In this document: in pieces, positions 8,847 to 16,975 of the stretch | Position numbering within the stretch: the first letter of the stretch is position 1 | How the letters are laid out: each line of letters opens with the position of its first letter | Virus record (IMG/VR): IMGVR_UViG_2737471828_000007 | Source of the DNA: a virus | Lineage: Duplodnaviria > Heunggongvirae > Uroviricota > Caudoviricetes | DNA length: 24,832 bases | Strand: one strand, 5' to 3' | The notes under the pieces: generated by a model | The model's input: only the letters and a program-made list of their open reading frames with translations | The model's database searches: none | Told to the model about the DNA's origin: nothing | Program-made: the position numbers and the translations under genes

Positions 8847-9899
8847 TTAGCTGTCGGCGAACTTCAGGCCAGTGACCATCGCGCACTTGCCATAGTCTTC
8901 AACGACATAAGCGTCATTGATGGACTGGTAGGTGGCGATGCGGTTGTATTCCGGTTCGTCTTTCATCAGACGACGCATTGAACCTTTCTGCCAGTAAATC
9001 GACAGGTTGTTGAACGAGGTGATCAGCATCGTTGCATCCGGGAAGAACGGCGCAAGGAACACGCCCAGCCCGCCAATGGTGCGCGATGACAGGATGAGCT
9101 GCCCGGCGAGTAATTCCGCATTGGGATTCTGGCCGCTGATGCTGTTCAGTACGGGCAGACGCAGCGAGTTAAACAGGTTGCGTCCCATAATCACCACGAG
9201 GTCGTCAGCTTCCTTGTGCCATTCATCCAGCAGGGATGAACGCGCGTCCTGTACCAGTGCATCAGCGTTCGCATACTTACCCGCGTGCGCTACGGTGTTG
9301 TCCATGTTGCGGGAGGTCAGCGTCACGTCATTCATAACGCGTTCGCTGGCGTCGGTTCTGATGTGCTCCAGCCAGCCCACGTTAACGTCCTGAAGCAGCT
9401 TGTTGGTGCTGAAGTTGGACTCATCCGCGTGAGACGTGCCGTTGAAACCGATCATGATGCGGTTAAGCGCCACCTGTCGGGCAATCTGTGCGCTGATGCG
9501 GGACTGAAAATCAGGGTGTGCCGACCAGGCATCAAGCTGCGGATATGAAATAAACGTGTCGTAGTTCACCTGTTCACACTGATATTTGCGGTTTTTCAGA
9601 TCAACCACGTTATTCGGGTTACGGCGTTTTGTGCCGTCATAACTGGTATTCGTGCGCGCAATCGGTCCTGTGGTATCCAGGAGGATTTTTTCGCCTTTCT
9701 GGTCGGTCACGCCGATCACGTTAATTCTTTTCGTAAGTTCGGTACTTTCCTTTGAGGCGTTTTCAAAACGCTGCTGCACCGCGGGTTCCACGGTAAATCG
9801 CGATACCAGTGCAGATACCGGGATATTGTTAAGCGACGCCTGCTGCGCCATATAGCAACCCAGCTTGTTGCGGGTAATATCTGACATCACCAGATTCAT
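8847..9899 (-). CDS. N: Major capsid protein N (P2 gpN-like)
   Basis: 350 aa; P2 N-like sequence (FTVEP...VNYDTFISY...VVEDYG); coordinates from the track (printed positions offset by 1 nt here). Confidence 0.9.
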   Translation of the reverse strand: MNLVMSDITRNKLGCYMAQQASLNNIPVSALVSRFTVEPAVQQRFENASKESTELTKRINVIGVTDQKGEKILLDTTGPIARTNTSYDGTKRRNPNNVVDLKNRKYQCEQVNYDTFISYPQLDAWSAHPDFQSRISAQIARQVALNRIMIGFNGTSHADESNFSTNKLLQDVNVGWLEHIRTDASERVMNDVTLTSRNMDNTVAHAGKYANADALVQDARSSLLDEWHKEADDLVVIMGRNLFNSLRLPVLNSISGQNPNAELLAGQLILSSRTIGGLGVFLAPFFPDATMLITSFNNLSIYWQKGSMRRLMKDEPEYNRIATYQSINDAYVVEDYGKCAMVTGLKFADS

Positions 9900-9922
9900 A
9901 AAAAATTTGCTCCTTTGTCTTA

Positions 9923-10759
9923 TCAGAAGTCAGCCAGCTGGTCGGAGGCTGCGCCCGTTGCGGTGAAGCGGTTCTGCGGATCGCCGTCCTGCGTGCGCAG
10001 TTTTTCCTTCAGTGCTGTCAGCTCTGTGGTCAGTGACGTGATTTTCTGGCGGTCCTGCTGATGGCGGGTTTCCAGCACATTAAAACGGTCGATAATGTCG
10101 GCCTGTGACGTTGCGACGCCTTCCAGCGCTTCCTGAATACGGGAGAAACTGGCGTTATCCGCTTTGCGGCCACGACCAATAATCCCCATTACGCGGTTAA
10201 ACCACTGGGTGCCTTCTTCCTGGCGTTGTTCTGCCATTTCGATGATTTCAGACTCGATGGCTTCGGAGATAAGCGGTGCTTCACCCTTGACACTGTTGAA
10301 CGTCATTACCGCCTGACGTTGCTGTGCCGTGAATTTCAGGCGCTCAGTGCCCAGGCTTGCCGGGGTGTCGGTCATCGCCAGCCCAACCAGATAGGCGCGC
10401 CCGTTAACGGAGAACTGCGGGTGCAGTTCGATACTGGAATAGATTTTCTTGCCGTCCGCGACAAGCTGCTTCATGCGCTCGGTCGGTTCGATTTCTGCAT
10501 ACAGCGCAGTACGTCCGGCCAGCGGACCTTCCGTAATGTCTTCCGTACTCAGTGCGGTGACATCGCCCATTGCGGAAAATTCGCTTGACGGGCATGGCGA
10601 GAGATAGTGCTCAACGTTCACGCGGGCAGCGTAAACATCCGGGTTGAAGTTCTCGGCGGCTTCACGCAGATGCACCGGACTGATTTCACGGCCATCAACA
10701 GTTGATCCGGAGACAGCCACGCGAAACTTTTTGCGGGATGTCTTTTTTTCATTAGCCAT
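9923..10759 (-). CDS. O: Capsid scaffolding protein O (P2 gpO-like)
   Basis: Track ORF 9923..10792; start placed at internal ATG (MANEKKTSRKKFRVAVSGSTVDGR...) which aligns with the gpO N-terminus and has an AGGGG RBS. Confidence 0.85.
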   Translation of the reverse strand: MANEKKTSRKKFRVAVSGSTVDGREISPVHLREAAENFNPDVYAARVNVEHYLSPCPSSEFSAMGDVTALSTEDITEGPLAGRTALYAEIEPTERMKQLVADGKKIYSSIELHPQFSVNGRAYLVGLAMTDTPASLGTERLKFTAQQRQAVMTFNSVKGEAPLISEAIESEIIEMAEQRQEEGTQWFNRVMGIIGRGRKADNASFSRIQEALEGVATSQADIIDRFNVLETRHQQDRQKITSLTTELTALKEKLRTQDGDPQNRFTATGAASDQLADF

Positions 10760-10913
10760 AGTTTTTGCCCCTCTGACTGGTTCTTCAGTCATGATGGCAA
10801 AGCGTAACAGGCTGATACAAAGGGCTTTTGTTGTAAGAAAACGGCCAGAACAGGGGGTTAAGGAGAACGGTTTCGCGCGCGGGTAATCTTCCTGTAATTA
10901 CTCAGGGGGAGCA
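10760..10913. promoter_or_regulatory. Divergent late promoter region between O (leftward) and P (rightward)
   Basis: 154 bp intergenic gap between divergently transcribed head operons, the position of P2 P_O/P_P; contains TGT...ACA partial dyads (for example TGTTGT-N15-ACA near 10829..10852) but no perfect TGT-N12-ACA that I could find. Confidence 0.5.
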
Positions 10914-12665
10914 ATGATTCAGGACGCTTTTGTGCGCCAGCGTGCGCGACAACTTTACTGGCAGGGTTATCCGCCCGCTGAAATATCACGTCTGATGGGA
11001 ATAAACCCGAACACGATTTATGCGTGGAAAAAACGCGACCAGTGGGATGAAACGCCACCCGTGCAGCGTGTCACGCAGTCCATCGATGCGCGCCTCATCC
11101 AGCTTACTGAAAAACAGAATAAAACAGGTGGCGACTTCAAAGAAATAGACCTGCTGACCCGGCAGCTTAAAAAACTGCATGATGGCCAGCCGGATGCGAC
11201 GGCCACAGGAAAGAAAGGCCGGGCGAAAAAACTCAAAAATCATTTCACGCCGGAACAGATTGCCGCACTGCGGGAAAAAATCATCAGCAGGCTGGAGTGG
11301 CATCAGCGGGGCTGGTTTGACTCCCTGACCCTTTGCAGGGGAGCCGGGATACGTAACAGGATGATCCTGAAATCCCGACAGATTGGGGCGACCTGGTATT
11401 TTGCACAGGAAGCACTGCTGATGGCGCTGCGTGACGATGTGGCACAACCTTACCAGCGTAACCAGATTTTTTTGTCTGCGTCGCGTCGTCAGGCGTTCCA
11501 GTTTAAAAGCATTATTCAGAAGGCCGCGGCTGAAGTTGATGTGGAGCTGAAAGGGGGCGATAAAATCATCCTCTCCAACGGCGCAGAACTGCATTTTCTC
11601 GGTACTTCTGCTGCGACGGCACAGTCCTACACAGGCAATTTTTATTTTGATGAATTTTTCTGGGTCAGTCGCTTTGCTGAACTGCGCAAGGTGGCTGGCG
11701 CTATGGCAACCCTCAGCGGACTGCGGCGCACCTACTTCTCCACGCCATCCACCGAAACGCACGAGGCATACGCCTACTGGAACGGCGACCGCTGGAACGA
11801 GAAAAAGGCCTCGCATAAACGCCAGCGTTTTTCTGTGGACTGGAAAACGCTGCATAACGGGCTTATCTGCCCTGACCGGACGTGGCGGCAGATTGTCACG
11901 CTGGAAGATGTGGTTAATCACGGCTGGAAACACACCGATATCGACGAAATTCGTGATGAAAACACCGAAGACGAGTTCCTCAATCTCTATATGTGTGAGT
12001 TTGTCCGCGAAGGGGAATCGGCATTTAACCTGAATATCCTGATTGGCTGCGGTGTTGACGGATACGACGACTGGAAAGACTGGAAACCTTTTGCTCCCCG
12101 CCCGATGGGGAATCGTCCGGTATGGATTGGGTATGACGCAAACGGCAGCAGTGGTAACGGCGACAGCGGCGCTGTGTCTGTGGTGGTTCCTCCGGCTGTT
12201 CCTGGTGGCCGTTTTCGAACGGTGGAGACGCGACGCGTTCAGGGGCTGGAGTTTGAAGAACAGGCCAGAGTCATTGAAGAGTTCACGTGTCGCTACAACG
12301 TGGAACACATCGGCATTGATGTGACGGGCGGGAACGGGGAGGCTGTTTATCAGATAGTGAAACGGTTTTTCCCTGCTGCTATTCCGTACACCTTCACGCT
12401 GTCATCAAAACGGTCGCTGGTACTGAAAATGCTGCAAATAATGCGTGCCGGGCGGTGGGAATACGATCGCGCCGAACGCGAGCTGGTCGCGGCCTTTAAC
12501 GCCGTGCGTAAGGTGAAAACACCGGGCGGCTTTATCACTTACGAAACGGACCGCGCGAGGGGGATCAGCCACGGCGACCTTGCGTGGGCAACCATGCTTG
12601 CTGTCATTAACGAACCGATTGGCGGCGAAGGAGAAAACGAGCGTTTCACGGTTATGGAGTTCTGA
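10914..12665 (+). CDS. P: Terminase ATPase (large) subunit P (P2 gpP-like)
   Basis: 583 aa; ATG at 10914 with GGGGGAG RBS; P2 P-like sequence; followed by Q with ATGA-type overlap. Confidence 0.9.
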   Translation: MIQDAFVRQRARQLYWQGYPPAEISRLMGINPNTIYAWKKRDQWDETPPVQRVTQSIDARLIQLTEKQNKTGGDFKEIDLLTRQLKKLHDGQPDATATGKKGRAKKLKNHFTPEQIAALREKIISRLEWHQRGWFDSLTLCRGAGIRNRMILKSRQIGATWYFAQEALLMALRDDVAQPYQRNQIFLSASRRQAFQFKSIIQKAAAEVDVELKGGDKIILSNGAELHFLGTSAATAQSYTGNFYFDEFFWVSRFAELRKVAGAMATLSGLRRTYFSTPSTETHEAYAYWNGDRWNEKKASHKRQRFSVDWKTLHNGLICPDRTWRQIVTLEDVVNHGWKHTDIDEIRDENTEDEFLNLYMCEFVREGESAFNLNILIGCGVDGYDDWKDWKPFAPRPMGNRPVWIGYDANGSSGNGDSGAVSVVVPPAVPGGRFRTVETRRVQGLEFEEQARVIEEFTCRYNVEHIGIDVTGGNGEAVYQIVKRFFPAAIPYTFTLSSKRSLVLKMLQIMRAGRWEYDRAERELVAAFNAVRKVKTPGGFITYETDRARGISHGDLAWATMLAVINEPIGGEGENERFTVMEF

Positions 12666-13711
12666 TGAGCAGAAAAAATAAAAAAGTGCGCATGAGTTCA
12701 CGCATTGATCTCGCTGATGCGCTCAGGAAAGAATCATCGCTCAGTGCATTCACATTTGATGGTCCTTATCGCCTGACCGGGCATGACCTGCTGGACAATA
12801 TGTACTGTGCTGATAACGGGCGGTGGTATGAAACCCCGGTGGACTGGTACGGTCTGGCAAGAGCTGCCCGGCAAACGTCCTGGCATCAGTCTGCGCTTTA
12901 CTTTAAGCGCAATGTATTACTCGGTTGCTACATCCCGCACCCGCTGCTTTCCCGGCAGGATTTCTCGGCGCTGGCGCTGGACTGGTTTGTGTTCGGTAAC
13001 GCATTCCTTGAGCTTCGAAGCAATATGCTCGGCGAACCGCTTAAATTACGGCACGCACTGGCGAAATACATGCGACGCGGAAGCGATCTTGAATCATGGT
13101 GGTATGTGCAGGATGGCAAGGACGCGTTTCAGTTTCGCCCAGGCAAAGTGTGTCACCTGATGAATCCTGACATTAACCAGGAAATCTACGGCATGCCGGA
13201 ATATCTCGGCGCATTACTCTCGGCCAGCCTGTCTCATTCGGCGGACATGTTCAGAAAACTGTATTACGACAACGGATCCCACGCCGGGTGCATCATCTAC
13301 ATCGGTGCAGCGCAGGTAAACCGCGAAAGCATGGACTCCCTGAAAGAAACGCTACAGGGTGCGCGTGGTGGTGGTGCGTTTAAAAACGTGCTCATTCATG
13401 CGCCCAACGGGGGCAAAGAGGGGGTGCAAATTTTGCCGTTCCAGCAGATCACCGCAAAGGATGAGTTTATGAATGTTAAGGCGGCATCCCGTGATGATGT
13501 GCTGGCTGCGCACCGCGTTCCGCCGCAACTGATGGGGGCGATGCCGGGCGAAAAAAGTGCGTTTGGCGATGTGGAGAAGGCAGCGCGGGTTTACGCAATT
13601 AACGAGCTGATGCCCGTCATGGAGGCTATGAAGCACATCAATGACTGGCTTGGCGAAGAGGTGATCCGTTTTAACTCTTATGCTCTTCTTGATGAAAAAA
13701 CAGCCCCGTGA
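12665..13711 (+). CDS. Q: Portal (capsid-vertex) protein Q (P2 gpQ-like)
   Basis: 348 aa ORF immediately after P; P2 Q-like sequence. Confidence 0.9.
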   Translation: MSRKNKKVRMSSRIDLADALRKESSLSAFTFDGPYRLTGHDLLDNMYCADNGRWYETPVDWYGLARAARQTSWHQSALYFKRNVLLGCYIPHPLLSRQDFSALALDWFVFGNAFLELRSNMLGEPLKLRHALAKYMRRGSDLESWWYVQDGKDAFQFRPGKVCHLMNPDINQEIYGMPEYLGALLSASLSHSADMFRKLYYDNGSHAGCIIYIGAAQVNRESMDSLKETLQGARGGGAFKNVLIHAPNGGKEGVQILPFQQITAKDEFMNVKAASRDDVLAAHRVPPQLMGAMPGEKSAFGDVEKAARVYAINELMPVMEAMKHINDWLGEEVIRFNSYALLDEKTAP

Positions 13712-13727
13712 TGGGGCTGTCCTTTTT
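13693..13727. terminator. Bidirectional intrinsic terminator shared by Q (+) and the convergent gene at 13726..14250 (-)
   Basis: Perfect 7-bp stem CAGCCCC/GGGGCTG with 5-nt loop, A6 run upstream and T5 run downstream; the Q stop codon sits in the loop. Confidence 0.7.
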
Positions 13728-14250
13728 ACCAGAGTTGAACCATTTTCTGGGTGCCGTCAGGCTTGAGATTATCAATTTCAGAGAGAACGTAATATTGAAT
13801 GGCTTCACAAACGGTGGTGTAAGGTGAATTACCTTCTTTAAGTGGCACGATATTATTATTAACGCGAACCTGTATTTCATCGTTATACATTGCGATCGAA
13901 ACAGGAGTGTGCACGAACGCGACTTCGCCAGGTGTGTCGTCAACCACCGTTTCAATACTAAAAGTCAGTTTTCGCTCATCATTGCTGCCCCGTGCTTTGG
14001 GGGTAGCGGCAGGGATCTGGGATAAAGGCATTCTGCGAAATCCTTCGGCTGCTTCCAGTCCGCATGAAACGTAATGCTGGCGATTACCGTCGCTATCTGT
14101 CCAGGTCTGTGATGGCAGCTCCAGCGAGATTTCATAATCATCAACAATGCCCTGGGCAAGGCGTACAAGCGGGGTCAGATCTTCATTGCGGCGAAAGCTC
14201 TCCTTTACCTGCTCCCGTTTTTCTCTTAACTGCTTGTAATTAATGACCAT
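13726..14250 (-). CDS. Hypothetical protein (174 aa), standalone cargo gene next to the expected cos end
   Basis: Track ORF 13726..14289; start placed at internal ATG (MVINYKQLREK...) preceded by GGAGG; convergent with Q; I recognise no family; AT-richer than the flanking structural genes by eye. Confidence 0.65.
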   Translation of the reverse strand: MVINYKQLREKREQVKESFRRNEDLTPLVRLAQGIVDDYEISLELPSQTWTDSDGNRQHYVSCGLEAAEGFRRMPLSQIPAATPKARGSNDERKLTFSIETVVDDTPGEVAFVHTPVSIAMYNDEIQVRVNNNIVPLKEGNSPYTTVCEAIQYYVLSEIDNLKPDGTQKMVQLW

Positions 14251-14289
14251 AAGACAGCCTCCATTGATTTCTTTGCTCGTATTTTGCAC

Positions 14290-14836
14290 TTATGAAGTAT
14301 GATCGGCAAGGTGCCGTATCGCTGACGCGCTTCGCTTGTCTGCTGCTTCGCCGGGGCATAAAAAATTTATGCCCCGACTCTCCAGCTCCTGTATCAATCA
14401 GATAATTTCACGACGCCTTCCAGCTTATTGTCATCATCGACGGTCAGGCTCTTACGCAATCCCGCCGTGCTGACTGCATGTTCTCGTCGCCTCAGTGCGA
14501 TTTTGACGGCCTTATCAGTCACCCCATCAAATCAAAAGTCCTCACGTATTTTTCACGCTCAGCGTGAGAAAGACAGCCATTCTGTTGTGTCGCTGCGACA
14601 TCGTTCAGGGAATGCTGTTTACCCCCTGAAACGCGGGCTGTTCCCCCGTCACCTGCGCGCAGAAAAAGCGCGTTTTTTTGTGCACGCACGGATCCTTGAC
14701 GGATCCAGCCGCCATGCGGGCCGGAAGGGTAAAAAGTCGTTCAAAAAAATTGTGCAAATTTGTGCACTTTTGTGCAAACAAAAAGCGCCCCTGAGGCGCT
14801 TTAGTGTTTTATAGGTTGTGTATATTGGCTGGGTCC
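14290..14836. promoter_or_regulatory. About 550 bp non-coding region with several palindromes and repeats; probable promoter/operator region of the 13726..14250 gene and candidate location of cos
   Basis: No credible ORF (the only track ORF is Arg-rich and low-complexity); 10-bp palindrome GGGGCATAAA/TTTATGCCCC near 14353..14375; TCACGCT-c-AGCGTGA near 14555; TGTCGC-t-GCGACA near 14587; TTGTGCA repeated three times at 10-11 bp spacing near 14749..14778. Confidence 0.5.
14771..14802 (-). terminator. Intrinsic terminator at the end of the parM-parR-orf-orf operon
   Basis: Stem AAAGCGCC/GGCGCTTT with 5-nt loop followed on the minus strand by a T-rich run; about 35 nt downstream of the stop at 14837. 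Confidence 0.65.
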
Positions 14837-15100
14837 TTATCCTGCTGTGCTTTCAACTGATGAGGGGAACAAAATCTTTTCATCAAACCCTGCATTCATA
14901 TCATGGACAGCAACACACCAATCCATTGACGAACGATTATCAAGAGCCTCCATGATTTCATCCATGCGGCGTAGGTCATACAGGTAAATGTTTTTATCGC
15001 CAATGGTGTAAAAACCAATTTTTTTCGGTGATGGACAGCGATCAAGAACGTCCTGTAATTCGCTCAACCATGCTTGTTCTTTTTTTGTCAAAGTTGCCAT
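14837..15100 (-). CDS. Hypothetical protein (87 aa), last gene of the par operon
   Basis: Track ORF 14837..15121 (TTG first); ATG at 15100..15098 with AAGGAGAG RBS, 1 nt after the stop of the upstream gene; no family recognised. Confidence 0.6.
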   Translation of the reverse strand: MATLTKKEQAWLSELQDVLDRCPSPKKIGFYTIGDKNIYLYDLRRMDEIMEALDNRSSMDWCVAVHDMNAGFDEKILFPSSVESTAG

Positions 15101-15101
15101 A

Positions 15102-15533
15102 TCACTCTCCTTTGATGCCAATGTCTACAGCTTGGCAAGCCTCTTTGGTCACCCAGTCAATAGCGTCTTTCCATACTCCAGTTTCGACTGGCGGATTCTC
15201 ACGCTTTACCTGTTCATAGAAACGCACCGCTCTAACCAGTCCATCTGGTACTGCTGGCGCTGGCGGCTCTCGATACATAGGGATAACACGTCGCGGGTCC
15301 GCGTATTTATCTGGCGGACACTGAAATATCTCACCGAAACCATACTGCTTGACATCACGCAGTTCCTCATCATCAGTCCATGCAACAGGTTTCGCTTCCA
15401 GCGATGTGAGTGCGATTTTCAGTGCGATTAACATATTGTGATCGTTTTCATCAAGGCCAAACGGGATGTCTTCACGACACGATTCAAGGTCTGCAATTTT
15501 GCGTTGTAACCATTTTTTGGGGATAGTTGCCAT
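15102..15533 (-). CDS. Hypothetical acidic protein (143 aa), third gene of the par operon
   Basis: ATG at 15533 with GGAGAGGAG RBS, 19 nt after the parR stop; no family recognised. Confidence 0.65.
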   Translation of the reverse strand: MATIPKKWLQRKIADLESCREDIPFGLDENDHNMLIALKIALTSLEAKPVAWTDDEELRDVKQYGFGEIFQCPPDKYADPRRVIPMYREPPAPAVPDGLVRAVRFYEQVKRENPPVETGVWKDAIDWVTKEACQAVDIGIKGE

Positions 15534-15552
15534 AGATGCTCCTCTCCTGTTT

Positions 15553-15867
15553 TCACTCTGGGAAAAATGACTGAATGTTCTTTCTTATCTCGCTAGTGCT
15601 GTGATTGCTTCCGGTGGCAGGTGCGCTGGCATATTTACTCTGAATATTATTCTTGGCTGGCGCAGCTCCTTCTTCCGGCCATTCGGCCAACCAATAGGCA
15701 AATGCAGGATCGCGTTTTATGAGTGCCAGCCCGGCCAGAAAGGCCGCGCGTTGCGCGCGGCTGCGTTCAGAGGCTGGCAGGCTGTCGAGGTAATTACACG
15801 CCTCCCGTTCACTATTGACGGCGACTGGCTTCAGATAGAAACTTATCCGTCTGGTTGGTGTCGTCAT
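15553..15867 (-). CDS. parR: ParR/StbB-like centromere-binding protein (type II partition adaptor)
   Basis: Track ORF 15553..16002; start placed at internal ATG (MTTPTRRISFYLKPVAV...) with AAGGAG RBS, 4 nt after the parM stop; ISFYLKP...LDSLPASERSRAQRAAFLAGLAL resembles plasmid R1 ParR (ribbon-helix-helix N-terminus). Confidence 0.75.
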   Translation of the reverse strand: MTTPTRRISFYLKPVAVNSEREACNYLDSLPASERSRAQRAAFLAGLALIKRDPAFAYWLAEWPEEGAAPAKNNIQSKYASAPATGSNHSTSEIRKNIQSFFPE

Positions 15868-15871
15868 TGGT

Positions 15872-16831
15872 TTACTCCTTGTCCATTGCGTACAGCCCAT
15901 TAACCAGAGCAAACTGTGGCACCCCGTCCGCGATGAAAGTCGCATTAACTCCGCAGGCTTCGCGGATAGCGGGTGCCACAATCTCCGCCCCGCCACCGAC
16001 AACCATCACCCGCCCGTAACCCGAAAAACCCGCCAGCGCGCGGATCACGCGTTGTTTCAGTGTTTCTTCCTTTTCACGAATAACCGCCATCAGGCTGGCG
16101 TAATGCGCGTCATTGTGGATGTGCTGGCGCAGCCAGGCTTCATCATGGCGATGTTCGATAATGGTATTGGCGATGTGGTGACTGGTGCGCATACCGTTAG
16201 TGGCCATCACCGACAGTACGGCATCGGCCATCAGAGAAACGCCTACGTGTGGATCGCAAAACATCTGGCTGATACCTGCCAGTTGCCCCTGAACCTTTGC
16301 CACATCCAGCGTGGTTCCGCCCAAATCCACAATCAGCAGGGATTCAAACGGACTCATGTCAGCCAGTGCCTTAAAGCCAGCCGGAATGGATTCAGGCATA
16401 ACCCGTACGTTACGGATAGTGAATGCTTCGCCGTTCTGGTACTCCACCGGGCGCATAACGTTCGCTTTTTTGCGGTTGATGTTGGTCATGTCCGGCTGTG
16501 CGTTTGTGTCGAAATACTCGCTCAGTGGCAGGGTGACAACCACATCCACCTCCTGTGGCGTGATGCCTGATTTGACCAGCGCGTGATGAATGGCAATGAC
16601 ATTCACATCGCTGTACTGGTATTGCGTGTCGGTCGTCTGGACAAAGCGATCGCTGACCGGATCAAAACCATAGCGCACGCCATCAAGCATATAGTTCGCG
16701 GGCTGCGTGCCACAGAACGGCGCAGACCATTCCGACTTGAAGCTGTTCGGGCTGATGGCGTTGCGGCGTTCGCCGTTCTCAGTCCATGCCAGCTTGATGT
16801 TGGTGGAGCCGTCGTCAATACAAATTTTCAT
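15872..16831 (-). CDS. parM: ParM/StbA-like actin-fold segregation ATPase (type II partition)
   Basis: 319 aa; hallmark ParM motifs IDDGSTNIK, ISPNSF, QYSDVNV..HHAL, VMPESIPAG, DLGGTTLD, GGGAE, LVNG; same length as R1 ParM. Confidence 0.85.
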   Translation of the reverse strand: MKICIDDGSTNIKLAWTENGERRNAISPNSFKSEWSAPFCGTQPANYMLDGVRYGFDPVSDRFVQTTDTQYQYSDVNVIAIHHALVKSGITPQEVDVVVTLPLSEYFDTNAQPDMTNINRKKANVMRPVEYQNGEAFTIRNVRVMPESIPAGFKALADMSPFESLLIVDLGGTTLDVAKVQGQLAGISQMFCDPHVGVSLMADAVLSVMATNGMRTSHHIANTIIEHRHDEAWLRQHIHNDAHYASLMAVIREKEETLKQRVIRALAGFSGYGRVMVVGGGAEIVAPAIREACGVNATFIADGVPQFALVNGLYAMDKE

Positions 16832-16860
16832 GTCGTTTTTCCTTATGTTGATTAATTAAT

Positions 16861-16975
16861 CGTTTACGGGATTCTGAAATCCCGTTTTTGCCTGTTTTAT
16901 GCGCGCTTCATATATCGCGGCGCGTTTTTTGCTCATTTACGGGATTTGTGAATCCCGTTTTTGTCTGTTTTTTGT
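16861..16975. repeat. parC-like repeat region upstream of parM: two direct repeats of about 38 bp, each with a perfect 8-bp inverted repeat, flanking a GC-rich palindrome
   Basis: TTTACGGGATTCTGAAATCCCGTTTTTGCCTGTTTT (about 16863..16900) and TTTACGGGATTTGTGAATCCCGTTTTTGTCTGTTTT (about 16936..16973), about 73 bp apart; each contains ACGGGATT-N4-AATCCCGT; between them CGCGC...GCGCG followed by T6. Overlaps the 3' end of the A ORF. Confidence 0.6.

Noticed and set aside
10986-12308. 440-aa ORF antisense to the terminase large subunit gene
   Set aside because: Lies entirely within the well-supported P gene on the opposite strand; the translation is Arg/Cys-rich and low-complexity, typical of a spurious antisense frame in GC-rich DNA.
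14428-14814. 128-aa plus-strand ORF in the non-coding region near the cos-proximal end
   Set aside because: Highly basic, Arg/Ser-rich translation with no RBS-supported start; spans palindromes and a terminator; more likely a non-coding regulatory region.
13712-14836. Search for a P2/186-type cos core (GGCG-GGCGGGGAAAGCA) near the Q 3' end
   Set aside because: No match found by eye on either strand; cos may be divergent here or my recollection of the consensus may be imperfect, so no cos feature is reported.
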